NCBI RefSeq assembly: GCF_002105155.1
Contig: NW_019028999.1
Location: 186,001-250,000 of the forward strand
Origin: Lobosporangium transversale
Taxonomy: Eukaryota
DNA length: 64,000 nt
Reading direction: 5' to 3'
Part shown: one piece after another, positions 26,436 through 42,869 of the stretch
Position numbering within the stretch: position 1 is the first letter of the stretch
Layout of the letters: each line of letters opens with the position of its first letter
Program-made: the position numbers and the translations under genes
Notes under the pieces: generated by a model
What the model saw: the letters and a program-made list of their open reading frames with translations, nothing else
What the model was told of the DNA's origin: nothing
The model's database searches: none

Positions 26436-28372
26436 TTACTTTTGAGCGGTCAGGTAGACCTGTATGGCGACAGCCAAGAATAAGAAGAGGAGAGTAAAGA
26501 CCAATATCGCAAAGTTGTTGTTCTTTGGGAATGTTTTTGGGATTGGAATAACGTGGCAGGCAGCATCCACGGATCCACTGACTAATAATGACGCATCGCT
26601 ATTGAATGCCATGGATGTTACTGAGAATGCGTGTGTCTTAGGGACAGTCATGAGTACCTGAAGAGATTTGGCGCTGCAAACCCGAATACTCATATCTGAA
26701 GAGCCGAATGCAATCAGTTTTCCATCAGGACTACCATGTACGAGATAAAAAGAAAAGGCTGGTTACATTCATAGTGCTACATAAGATCCAAAAGATGAGT
26801 TCTATCCCTTCTCTTCACCACATATCCTAGGGTACGTGATAACGATCGGTAGTATTATAGCATTCATCAAATTTCCCCCAAATGTTTCACCAAGCATAAA
26901 TATTTTGCGTACCTGATAGTGCAAGCAGTGATCGGGCGGGATCCAATGGTTAAGGTACGGATGCGTGTCCAGTTTGAGGCATCCCACATGCAAACAAAAG
27001 GCTTTTGTTTGTTATCCCCATTAACAACAGTATAGAGAACATTTGAGAAGGCTCCTCGTCCGAAGCGACATGTACGGAATACAAAAGGCTTCTTCTTGTT
27101 TAAAACAGGATTTGTAATCGCTTCAAGGACTCGACCTTTAGCCGTAGAGATGATCCACAAGTTCTGGGCTGACACGACAGCGATCTAGTTGGAGCGTAGT
27201 GAATAGAGAAAAAATATATGTATCGTTCAGGAAATGAAGTATTTTATCAGTAAACATTGTGATCGAAGAGTCGCTTAAAGAAGAAAAAAAAAAAAAAAGA
27301 GATCGGTAATATAATTCAAGTTTGAAGCTTACGTGTTTTCCATCTGCTGAGAAGTCGAGATCCATAATCTCATGCCCTTTGAACTGCGTAATGGGAAGGG
27401 CAGGATTAAGTGTGGGATACTTGAGTAGAGCGACCTTTTTTTTTTTAAAAAAAAAAAAAAAAGAAGTGAGATCCAACCAATGAGTTTCTCATCTAGCCAT
27501 TAGGTCATTATGAATCAAACCCACTTAAAAAACTTCAAGTTCATTAAAAAGTTTAATACTGATCCCATGAAACCTACAACTCCATCGGTTCCTCCTGTCG
27601 CCAGCAACAACCCATCATTACTAAATCGAGTAACTTTTTGATAAACCTCTGGATCCTTGCTAGACAGCGTTCCTTTATTGTGGACAGGCTCGATCCGCTC
27701 ATCAGAGTATTGAAAAACCCTGCAGTTTTCGTTTTCTCCAGCTTCGATTCTGTTGATTGCACTGTTGATTCCAAACGCCATGACAGGTTCCTGAAGATAC
27801 AAATAGAGTGATAGGCATATGTAGAGAGAAGTAGGAATAGTTTAACACGACATTGAGACGGCCTGTGAGGAGCATATAAAAAAAAGCTTGTAGATACAAG
27901 CAATACTAGCAACATGAAAAAGCAGTAAACGTGCCCCCTGCTCGAATGTCGCAAGATTGACCATCATATGATAAACAAACAAGAATATTCCAGCAATTTA
28001 CCGTTGGGTGAACGCTCAATGACATAGGGGCGTCTTCATCGCGACTCAATACTCTTTCAATGAGGGTGGATAATGTTTTCTTATCCTTGTCGATCTTGTA
28101 TATGGTCTATTAAATGCAAAAGCAGAATTAAAAAGAAAATTAAATAAAACCCTCCTCCTCGGTTTCTATGGTGTCTTAAGTACTAAGTCTGTATTCTAGT
28201 GTAAATTTCGCTCAATTAAGTGAATTAAGTAAAAAAAAAAAAAAACTCTTACAATCTTGTTCTGGACGCCGGATCGCCCAGACCCGCCGCCTCCTGCAAG
28301 AATGAGGTTATCGTCATGTGTAAACCCGACACAAAAGATGGGAATGCCCACAGTATATGAGAAGTTTGACAT
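26436..28372 (-). CDS. SEC12: Sec12/PREB WD40 Sar1 guanine-nucleotide exchange factor with C-terminal TM helix
   Basis: LILAGGGGSGRSGVQNKI (K-loop), ENENCRVF, YQKVTRFS..LLATGGTDG, EIMDLDFS, HAFSVTSMAF; hydrophobic C-terminal anchor. Confidence 0.9.
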
Positions 28373-28536
28373 TTTCGTCAAGTAAAAATAAAAGATGAGG
28401 GTCAAATGGAGAATTTGGAGGAAAAAAAAAAAGACATTCAACCACGTAAAAAAAAGGGCGTGTATTAAACTTAAGGGGATAAATCTTTAATGAAATACGC
28501 ACAGACGATATTTATTACAACACTCAATTCTTGCTC

Positions 28537-29671
28537 TCACAATGCGCCGCTATGCCTTTCGTGCAGAGCGGTAGCTATAACTTGCGTAACGCTTTCTAGT
28601 TCAGCTCCAAGCTCCAACAATAGGCCTAGTGGATCATCATTCAATATATTCGTATCAGCAAATCAATACGCTAGATATGGAACAATCTTACAACCTTATC
28701 TCGCAAAATGAAATAGAATAGGCCTTACCTGTATTAGCGTTGCTATTTGCCACGAAAGTGGTTATGAGGGAAGAATGATTGAATTGGACCAACTGATACG
28801 ATTTGTAAATGCTAACAATGGACTTGTTTTTCTTCAGTCCAAGTTTTGATGCCTGTTGCCATTTTTTTATTTTTTTTTTATTTTTAAAGGAAAGGATTAA
28901 GTGGATAAAAAGCAATTGCCTTGTTAGAACTTTTTTCTCGAAATACCCGCACACGTCATGTAACTTAGTCTCTTTAGCACATAATTGTATATAAGAAAAG
29001 ATGTCTATTCCAAAAATCGCTCTATACCTGATCACTAGCCAGTGCGAACGTACAACCTAAAGCTGACTCTGTGAAAGGTAGGGTGTTGTTTGGTGCATTG
29101 GCTAATAACAAAAAAACAAAGATTGAGAGTCATATTAAAAAAAAAAAAAAAAAACTGCCATCATTCCTTTTTTGTGCTTGGGGTCCATGAAGCCTTTTTT
29201 TTGTTCTCATAATGCGTATTGACTACCTTTTAGGAGCACGACACCATCCCGGTCCGTCACTATGGCCGATAAGAGTCCATCAACTCTAGATAACACAAAT
29301 AGCGCCAAGTGTAAAATAATGCTATGTCAGCTAGCTTGCCATGAATTGTAAGTATGTTGCCCGAACTAGCCGTAAAGTCTGATTATCGCCAAGGATTCGA
29401 TTGACAATCATCATTTGAATTCATTGTCCTGATCGCCATCTTGTAAAGTGAGCAAAGAGTGATAAAATAGCCTTTAACGAACATCGGTGCCTGTCGTGGT
29501 ATGCTGTCTACCTTGTTAAAAGTTTCTCAAAGTGAACAACGAGTTCCTATCAAGGTTTGGTTGCCAAGGACCGTAAAAAGCACAAGCAGGATTGAGAGTC
29601 AGCATTATAGTATACACATGAGTTTGTCACTAAAATTCTGCATGCCCTGATTCACTATATACCTCAGACAT
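28537..29671 (-). CDS. LAMTOR3: Ragulator subunit LAMTOR3/MP1 (6 small exons)
   Basis: Spliced product MSE|ELVVHFEKLLTR|VDGLLSAIVTDRDGVVLLK|ANAPNNTLPFTESALGCTFALASDQ|ASKLGLKKNKSIVSIYKSYQLVQFNHSSLITTFVANSNANT|GLLLELGAELESVTQVIATALHERHSGAL*. It matches the animal LAMTOR3 motifs DRDGV, TFALATDQGSKLGL..NKSII, and ANTGL. Confidence 0.9.
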
Positions 29672-30602
29672 GATTATGTGTATGGTTTTGTTGATGTAAA
29701 TGGGTGCGGATGTTGATGGCTTGATGGGTATAAACAGGAAATAATCGCCTAATGGTCCAGCACCAAATATTGATTTAGAAATGGCTATTTCTTCTGTTGA
29801 GTGCTTGAAGTCCAGATAAAAAATAAAATATATAACATGAGTATTTTTATATTTAGGATGTTTAGGATATTTTGGACACAATCAATTGATGAATGTCCCA
29901 CGCAAATTTTGGTGACATGTCATATCATGTCATTTGGATGTGCAGCACAGAGCTAAGGAGAGAAACTTAATCATTCTCTTTTGAACATGTAGAACATTTT
30001 TGTAACTGAACCAAAAAAAAAAAAAAAAAAAAAAAAGTAAAAAGGCGGAGATGAACAAGGTGGGATATCGTCCTATCGTTCTGCATGTATACAATTTTGT
30101 TTTTTAATAAAAATACATTTCAAAGTATTTGTATTTGTATCTGCATTATCTCTTCATGGACCCAACGGCCAGGCCCATGACTGGCTGCCCTTGTCAATCA
30201 GTCTTTGCGCCGGCCCACATTTCACACTTCTGTGCGTCTTTTTTTTTTTTTTTTTTTTTCCCCACCTTTTTTTTTTTTATCTTCTATAATATATTCTTGT
30301 TCCTCCACGCTGCCCTACTATTCCACCATATCCATTGTATTCCACCGTTTGGCTTTTTATCTTGTTCCTGCTTCTGTTTCTTATCCTTTTAACCTTTTCA
30401 AATCGCTCCTCTCTTCTTCCCTCCTGTCCTCCGTCCTCTCCACTCCTTTTCACTTCTTCCCATTGCATTCCATTCCATTTCATTCTACTCCCCTGCTCTT
30501 CTCTCACTTTGCGAAGCTTTAATTTCCACACGATCACTTTTTACAGCCGTTTCGAACCACCTAACTAATCGGTCCAAAATAAACAAATTAGCTCATAACA
30601 GC

Positions 30603-32559
30603 ATGACTATGAATCTCATTGGTGCATCCATTTGCGATGAAGAAATCCTCGTCCAAGGCGAAGCTAGAGACATTCAGTTGCCAAACACAGAACATGTCTC
30701 ACAAATTTCTGTCGATGTAAGTCAAGCCTCAAATTGGTTCTCTGCAATCGTTGTTTTACAAACTAATAGCGGGTTGATAATGCAATACCAAATCATGAAG
30801 ATCGTGCTCAAGTAGACAATTAATGACAATTGCTTTTATTTACCCCATCAAGGTTGGCGGATCATTGGCCAAAGTTGTTTACTTCTCTCGCAAATCCGGG
30901 ACCAAAGGTGGACGTTTAAACTTTCGCAAGTTTGAGACAGAAAAAATCGATGAATGCATTGCTTTTATCGCCCGTTTGCTGGAAGAATCAAGAGCAAACA
31001 GACCAGGACATGAGTTTGTTATCAAGGCCACAGGAGGTGGAGCCCACTTGTATTATGAAAGGTTCAGGGACGCTCTCAAAGTGACGATTGAACGAGAGGA
31101 TGAAATGGAATGTTTGATCACTGGTAAAGTGATAGATCAAGCTATTTTTATTCGATGTCATGTTGGGCATTGACCTCATCGAAAATCTTTTTATGATTGC
31201 CCTACAGGTCTCAACTTCTTAATCACAGAAATCCCCTTTGAGGTCTTCACTTATAGTGAAGCTAATCCAATGTGTTTTGAGGAAACTCCGGCCGATCCTT
31301 TCCCATACATGGTATGTGTATTAAAAATTAAGAATATAGGACTCTTACGTTTGGAGAGTAATGCTGCCAAGGGCTTTATTAATCTCTGATATTTCCTGCG
31401 TGTTCATAGCTTGTCAATATCGGATCTGGAGTCAGGTACGGCTTTAACATCTGAAAACCACTCCCTCAGACTTCAAAGATTATTGGCATGAACTGATCTA
31501 GGCATGCTATCCTCTAAACTCATGTATCCCCATAGCATTTTAAAAGTGACAGGAACAAATTCGTTTGAGAGAATCAGTGGAACGTCGGTAGGCTTATCAT
31601 GCTGAATCATTACCTCAGCATGCCCATACAGTGGGCGACTGGTGATCTAATGTGATTTTGCTTTTCTATTTGCACAGTTAGGTGGAGGAACCCTTTGGGG
31701 TTTATTATCATTGTTGACCGGAGCCAAGACATTTGATGGTTGGCTATTTTCTATGGAGATATACACCATTCTGCAGTATAAATGTATACTGGCAGCTGCA
31801 TTTTAACACATTGGTACACTTTTGTAATCAGAAATGCTAGAGGCTAGCCAGGAAGGAGATAACAAGAACGTCGACATGTTGGTAGGAGATATTTACGGCG
31901 CTGATTACTCAAAGATTGGGCTAAAATCCACAACAATCGCCTCTTCAATGGGTAAAGTTTTCAAGAAGAACGTAGATAAACGTCAATTTAGACCTGAGGA
32001 CATTTCACGATCACTGCTGTACATGGTTAGGTAAGAAGCTCTGCCATCATCTACTGCAAAAACTCTTTAATGTTCATTCTTTGACATTGAAACGTCAACT
32101 CCTAATTTCACTATAGCAACAATATTGGTCAGATTGCATATCTGAATGCTCAGGCACACGGGCTTAAGCATATTTACTTTGGTGGATGTTTTATTCGAGG
32201 TAATAACAACCGGATGTCACTTCATATCGGGGCTTGGGAGGGACTGCAGTCGAACATTAACTTACTTATTTGAAATCATTCCCTGACTCATGTTAGGTCA
32301 CCCCATCACCATGAACACTCTATCATATGCAATCAACTTTTGGTCAAAGGGCGCCATCAAAGCCCTGTTTCTCCGTCACGAGGGATATCTTGGAGCTGTA
32401 GGCGCCTTCATGAAGCATCGTTCATCACGACGTAACTCGAGATCCTTCACTTTAACGGAGCAACTCGCACTGAAACTGGCCAGCCACGAAAAGGCAGATC
32501 TTGAGGCCAACCTCGCACAAGACACTTTGGACGTTGATGCAGCGGAAGAATCTGACTAG
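30603..32559 (+). CDS. CAB1: Type II pantothenate kinase (fumble family)
   Basis: [82 protein letters not shown]. Confidence 0.95.
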
Positions 32560-32691
32560 AATTGCTCTTTTTGTAAAAAATATCATGTGATCATTACTGC
32601 CCAATCTTTTTTATTTCTGTGTCCGTTTAAATTCATTGACCAAACATTCTGTCCTTTTGCGACCTCCAATTGAAGAATAGACAATTGAGAA

Positions 32692-35937
<3,246 letters not shown>

Positions 35938-37824
35938 TGAAACAGCCATATTTTGCAGGGCACAAACGACCCGTCCATTAGACCAGGCCAGATTATCAGC
36001 CTGAAAATTATAATAGTAATAAATAGTAGAAACATGACAAGTCAACATTGAAAGGAAACAGGGCAATGCGCGATATATAAGTGTCGACTGGGTTGTAATT
36101 GTGTACATGTTCATGGACTAGCACATTTGCCTATTTCCCCTATTTCAATGGTTTCAATAGCCTGCATTCTCTCTCTCCATTATTCTCTATTATCTCGCCG
36201 CTCTTCTCTTTCTCTTTTTTTACTGAACAATTGTTCTCTGTTCTCATTTCTGTCATTTTGCTTACTTCATGCATTTGCAGTTCAGGTGCAATACTTTCCT
36301 CCCGTCCTTACCTTTCTAAAAAACAAAGCCCATCCTTCTCTTCCTTACCCCTGTCCTTTTCCATTAAGGGCTCCAGAACATCACTTCGGGTAAGCTGCTG
36401 TACTTGTTCCCTGTCCATTCTCCTTACCCCATTCACCATCATTCATTCTTGTCCAAGACTTTCTTTTTTTTTTTTTTTTTTTTTTTTGAAAGATATCAAT
36501 CATCACTCTTTCAAATTTCTGCACTCAATAATTCTGCTACCACAGCACACAACACTTCGAGGTAAACAGGAATAAAGCTGCCAACCGAAGGAGTAAACTC
36601 TGATGCCTACTTTCACTTCATATTTATCTTGTCGATGTCACTCCTCCCTATTTATCCTTTGAAAGAAAAAAAGACGAGCAGTCTGGCGACTATAACATGA
36701 ACAGGAGTAAGAGAGAGTGTGAGTGAGAGAGGCTATACTACATTTACAAACAAAGAAAAAAAAAAGGAACGCACGCGCGAGCCCACTTGTTTTTGTCATA
36801 AAACCTTTTTTTCGAGAGCAATTGGCTATCCTGTCATGTTCGTCATCGCAATTCTTGTCTCTTACTTCTCGTTTCTTTTGCCCACCTTGTCCGATTTTTT
36901 TTTTTCTTCATTTTCCCGCAGTTCCAAAATAATATCCGCGATGTGCTGAACGCTGTATCCGATCAAAACTATCATGCATTTCCACTAGGCCTATTTCTCC
37001 TGTTCACAGCCCAAACAAACTCGAACTATTGAAAGAATGGCAGTATCTTGTTTATGTTATGCATGGAAGAATTTTTCCTCAGATCAGCTGCACAGATAAA
37101 AAAAAGTTTTACTATCACTACGTTGGAGAAACCGACTAGAACAAGAAGCATTTGTACAGTCAACAGTTGACATCAGGCCTAGATAACCTTTCATTAAGAA
37201 CCTGTCTGGCAGATAATGCTTTACTGCTTCCTCATTTTGAAACCACTACTTTCTTCGATTTTTAAATTCAAGTAAACTGGGGATGATCGAAAGCAAGTGA
37301 AAAGAGGAGATTTTGAACCCTTTAGGTTTTTTTTTTTTTTTTTAAGCGGCAGTGATGCAAGCATCTATAATTCAAATGTTGGATCGATAATCTGTGCTCT
37401 AATCACATCGAAAACAGGGGAAAGGAAGACATCTGGAACTGTGGGAAGATTGATATACATCATTGTTTTTGGCCCATTCACCAATGCATTTGCATCTCCC
37501 TACTTTTTGTTTATGATATGAAAGGAGCTCATACTGTGCAAGAAAACAACCGAGATGGCCTTTTTCCCCCTGAATAAATGCTGGTCTAACGCATCCATTG
37601 CATCATGCTCAACTTCATTGGAATATCTAGCTCACGACGCACTTTGGTGGCATATTCTCGATTGATAAAGCAAAGACGGTGTTTATGATTTCAAAGCGCT
37701 TTCATTAGTAGATACATCAGAGAACCCTGGATGGAAATTTATTTATGAACGGAATCCAGACACATCGCCCATACTAGCCGATACCCCTATCAGTAGAACC
37801 AGCGACTGTGACAACATCAAGAGT

Positions 37825-40658
37825 ATGACAGGATCCAAGAAAAAGACTTTGTCCGCATCTTCCATATCCTCATCATCCTCTGCAACTTCTTCTTCATCAG
37901 TATTTGAATCAGCATCATCTTCAACATCATCTACATTATCTATGTCTTCCCCTTATTTGACAGCCACCTCACCAGAGGAGGCGAATGGAGACGTAGCGGC
38001 CAAGACTTCAGTCAATGATACAGTCCTTGCTGCCTCTCCTTCCACTTCTACTTCCATTTTACCAGTTAAACCTATAAATCTCCTTAATCAAGCTGCAGCC
38101 TCTGACGTCTTGAAGCTTGATCAGACCGTGAGTCAGGATGCTATCAAGGGGGTTCAGATAGAAGCCGAAGACCCTTCTCATCTGTTCTGGGTAAGCAAAA
38201 GACCATATTGAAATACAGTAATCACGTACAGCAGAGAATTTTGGTATGAATTTTAGTGTCAAGCCATGTTAGTCTGGGTGTCAAAAACCACTTTTCACAG
38301 ACATGACTGCACTAAGGCATTTCATAGGATTAGTTGACGAATTTGTCATTTGTTCTCCCTAAAATTAACCTTAATAAATTAAATGACGTACTAGGTCCCG
38401 TTCCATATGCATCCTGAGATTGCACCCAATGAATATAACAAGTGGCTATTGAAACATGGTGTAGACTCGAGTGGCAATGGTGGTTTGTTATCTGCCAGGA
38501 AAGCATCTCTTAACCGTCGTAAATCTGTGCTTTCTTCCCAATATAATCCTGGGGAAGACGATGAGGATGAAAAACAGACGAGCGATAAACTCAAGAAAAA
38601 ATTAAGCAGCCGTCAGATGAATAAAGATGTCACTGGAAAAAATAAGGGGCAAGATTTCCTCTCTGGTATTTTCTCTGTTCCATTAGAGAATATGGGAGAG
38701 CCGCCTTTGAAAACAAAGGCCTTATTAAGAAGGTCCTCCAGTCATACGCAAGCATCTCCTCGCAAAGGTATGTCGAAATATATCGAGTAGGTTTTACTTT
38801 CTAGCCAGCATACGATCAAGTTTCGCAGATAACTAATCTGTATTCATGTGGTTAAACAGGTGATGAGCCTGGATTCGATGCGATAGCTGAGAATACTATG
38901 GACATGGCAGCCGAAGACCTTGCAACCGTGAAGCGCGGAAGTGCCCTGACTAGGCACGGGCTCTCTTTGTTGAGAAGGAGCGCGCGAACCAAAATTCGTA
39001 GGAATTCTACAACATCAAGTGAAAGCAAGAACGATACATCGCGGTTACGACCATCAGTGATTGAAAATGGCGATTATCCCGCTGTGACACTTGTTGATCC
39101 TGGACCATTGCCATTGCCTTCATCATCTTTCACGTCAATATCCCCTGAGGTGGCCACTGCAACAGCTCTCTCAACCCCAGTGACAAGCACAATTGCTGCA
39201 TCTCCAACCATCAATAACAACGGTCTGGCTGTACGAGCAGAGCCATCAGGCCCAAAGCCAATAAAGCGGTTTGTCTCAACACTCCGCGACCCCTCCAAAC
39301 CCACTATAACGACGTATGTGGAGCCACAGCTCTTGGAACAACGTCAAAAGGAGATCGAGGAAGCATTACGTTCATCGATGTCCACATCTAGCGCTCCTAA
39401 CCTCGCTTCTCTCACTGTCTCAGCGGACTCATCCAAACAAGTCCAAGCTAATGCTGTGAGGTCTGTCGAGAAAAGCACCACTTTGAGTGTTGAAAGTGCT
39501 GTCGTCTCAAAAATTTCATACCCGATCCCTCCCCCTGTGAAACTAAACCAAAACTTGCTTCAACAACAACCTCTGTCATCATCCAAAATATCCCCCTCGC
39601 CAGTCTCATCCACACAAAAGCATACTGTAACTATACAAAAACAATCAATCTCAACAGCACCATCTCAAGTCAAAAAATCCTCATCATGGTCCCGGTTCTG
39701 GGCAAAAGAGAAAGGAAGCGAAAAGTCCATGGAAGCGGAGCAGCGCTCAAATCAAAATTCATTTGCTCAACAGCAACCGAGTAATAACAGTGCTACTTCT
39801 ACGGAGACTATTAAAAAACAATCTACTTTCTCGCTGCTCTTCTCACGTAATAGCAAGGCACCATCTAAAGTCCAGGCAACCGGCTCCACAACTTACGTTT
39901 CTTCTCCACCCAATGGAATGATTGGACACTCGCCGAAGGAAAGCTACTTGAGTGATCCTTGCCGCATGCCGATCCACATCGAGCGAGCAATCTACAAGAT
40001 GTCACATATTAAACTAGCAGATCCCCGAAGGCCATTGCATGAACAAGTGTTGATCTCTAACATGATGTTTTGGTATTTGGGTGTGATCCAACAGCAACAA
40101 CAGCAGCTAGAGCTACAGCAGCAGCAGCAAGTACAGCAGTCATCGCAGATTCAGCAAGGTGTAGTAGAAGCTAGGCAGACCCATGACCAGATGTCGACTC
40201 ATTCCTTGGAGGCTAAAGAAAACTCTAGCCAGAATACCAAGTCGCATAGTGATGGTTTGATTCTGGAAACAAGAGTTGAAGGATACGAGTATATTGTACC
40301 ACAGCAGGACAGTAACTCTAATTCACATGCTCGGCCCCCAAGCAAGAATATTGCCCACGAATCACCACAAAATGTATCTTTTAATGGCCTGCCTATGAGA
40401 GACGATGCTGAGTATGACGAGGAGAGCATGATCGGGGGCGGCTTTGACGAAGAGTTGGACTGGTCTGATGATGAGGTTGAAGGGAAAGAGGACGCAGGAG
40501 CAGGTTCTCTTTACCTCCAGAGTGAAGCTCAAGCTTCAAGTAGCTTCCAGATGCATCCCATGCAGTCTGGCTCTAGTCCTATGCTCGCGTCTCAAGACAC
40601 AGCTCCATTGACTTATTATCCAGAATCAAGACGCCCAGACACAGTGTCTGTTTCGTAA
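37825..40658 (+). CDS. ZDS1: Zds1-like PP2A(Cdc55) regulator (3 coding exons)
   Basis: LFWVPFHMHPEIAP motif, LRRSARTKIRR, and the Zds_C domain RMPIHIERAIYKMSHIKLADPRRPLHEQVLISNMMFWYL. Start codon uncertain; a long 5' UTR intron is likely. Confidence 0.85.
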
Positions 40659-40780
40659 TATTTAGAGTTTTGTGTAAAGCAAAAAAAAAAAAAAAATGAA
40701 AGGCTAAGCCTCTTTGCATTGAAGTAAAAGAGGCACTAATCGATTAGTTTGTGAACCTCCCTTTAACATCTGCAGAAAAA

Positions 40781-41389
40781 ATGGTTTGTGACTGTCAGTG
40801 ATCAATCCGAAGAAGCAATGCGAAAGACTAGGGTAGATGGATGTACATGGAGGCGCCATAGTATCCATCGAATATCATAATCATTCATAACTTCAACCGT
40901 TGACATCGGTACCTATCTATCGACATCCACTACTGTATTCTGTGGATTTGAAACTGTAAAAAATGAGTTATCGATCACACTGGAGCATTCAAGAGATGAA
41001 CTCGGATGGCAATGGACGAGCTGGAAAATAGAGATGTTATCTGATCGGAATTGCAGGAATGGAATAAAGCTATTAATGTATTTAAATAACAGTACTCTGG
41101 TTCATCAAACCGACAATAACTTATCATCTCGAAACAGACGATGACACAGGATAGAAAGAGAAAGAAGGATGACATTTGGCTGCATTCGTTCACCTTTAAA
41201 AAAAGTGAAGGAAATCTAACAGGGATTACGATGGATTGTCCATTTACTTTTTTTGTTGCTGACAATAGGCTCGCGGACCCAAAAAGCACTTGAAGCGCCT
41301 CAATGCTCCCAAGCACTGGATGCTGGACAAGCTCACCGGCACCTATGTATGTTTACGGCTGTATTTTTTACCCTTACTTTCTCCCATCA

Positions 41390-41427
<38 letters not shown>

Positions 41428-42869
41428 GGGAATCAGTGTGGTCACGAGGGATATCAGCAAAAGACATACAACTTGAAGTGATTCATTCTTTTTCGCCATT
41501 TCACTCAACGCTTGGAACAATCTGCCATTAAAAAGACAACACCGAGAGGGTATTGAGACAGCTCCGCCGAGACTCGCGTCCTAATATGAACTTGTTCAAA
41601 TAGAGGCATTTTTAAGGCACAGGATCAGGACCGCGATCAGGACTCTGTCTTTTCCTTTTTTTATCTGGAAAGCCATTTAAAGATGTGCTTCCTATGAATC
41701 TTTAAAATTTTATAAGAAGGACAAAGTAGTTGGACATTCCAATTATTTCAGCGTCGTATGGCAACATTTAGGATATTTGAGGGGGTCAGAGCGTACCTTC
41801 ATCAGAATAGATACTTGGATCTTGTATCTCGGGAACATGAATGCTTGTGACGTACTGGCTTGGAGCAGGATAAATAATAGGCGGTAGCAACATGATCAGC
41901 ATTCAGGCGTTACACAGAACATACTGCTATTGCTATTATTATCATTATCTTCACACGATCTGTTTCCCTTGAAACGCCAATGGTCTGGCTTTTCGTTGAG
42001 AGATTTGCAATTATTTTTAAACAACTACAACGTCAATTTTTTATTTCATTTGTTACCAAAAAAAAAAAAAAAAAAAAAAAAAAAGACTCGCTGTCTCTTT
42101 ATTTATTTTTATGCACTTTTTATATTAATATATTTCTTTGTCTTTATGGAAAACCTTGATTTTATAGGCTCCCAGACCCTCGGCTGGCCCTCACAAGCTC
42201 CGTGAGTGCTTGCCTCTTGTTATCTTGATGCGTAACCGTCTCAAGTACGCTCTCAACGGCAAGGAGGTCTTGTCCATCCTTATGCAGCGTTTCGTCAAGG
42301 TTGACGGCAAGGTCCGCACCGACACCACCTTCCCCGCCGGTTTCATGGATGTGATCACTATTGAGAAGACTGGCGAGAACTTCCGTCTTGTCTATGATAC
42401 CAAGGGTCGTTTCACTGTCCACCGTATCACTGCTGAGGAGGCCAAGTACAAATTGTGCAAGGTCAAGAAGGTTCAGCTCGGTGCCAAGGGCATTCCTTTT
42501 GTCGTCACTCACGATGGTCGTACCCTTCGTTACCCTGATCCTTTGATCAAGGTCAACGACACTATCAAGCTTGACCTTGAGACTGGCAAGTTCAACGAAT
42601 TCGTCAAGTTCGAAGTTGGTAACGTTGCCATGGTTACTGGTGGTCGTAACACCGGTCGTGTCGGTGTCATCACTCACCGTGAACGTCACATTGGAGGTTT
42701 CGATATTATCCACATCAAGGATGTTCTCGACCGTCAATTCGCTACCCGTGTCTCCAACGTTTTCGTCCTTGGTGAAGGCAATAAGCCTTGGGTCTCTCTT
42801 CCCAAGAACAAGGGTGTTAAACTCACCATTGCTGAGGAGCGTGATCGCCGTCGTGCTGCTGCCATCTAA
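40781..42869 (+). CDS. RPS4: 40S ribosomal protein S4 (eS4); exons 40781-40783 (ATG only), 41269-41346, 42168-42869
   Basis: [43 protein letters not shown]... with strong codon bias. The ATG exon is inferred from AAAAATG|GTTTGT. Confidence 0.95.

Noticed and set aside
32557..32673. Stop-codon readthrough fusing CAB1 to GEM1 or adding a PTS1
   Set aside because: TAG lacks a leaky CTA context, and the extension stops at TGA before GEM1 without an SKL-like end.
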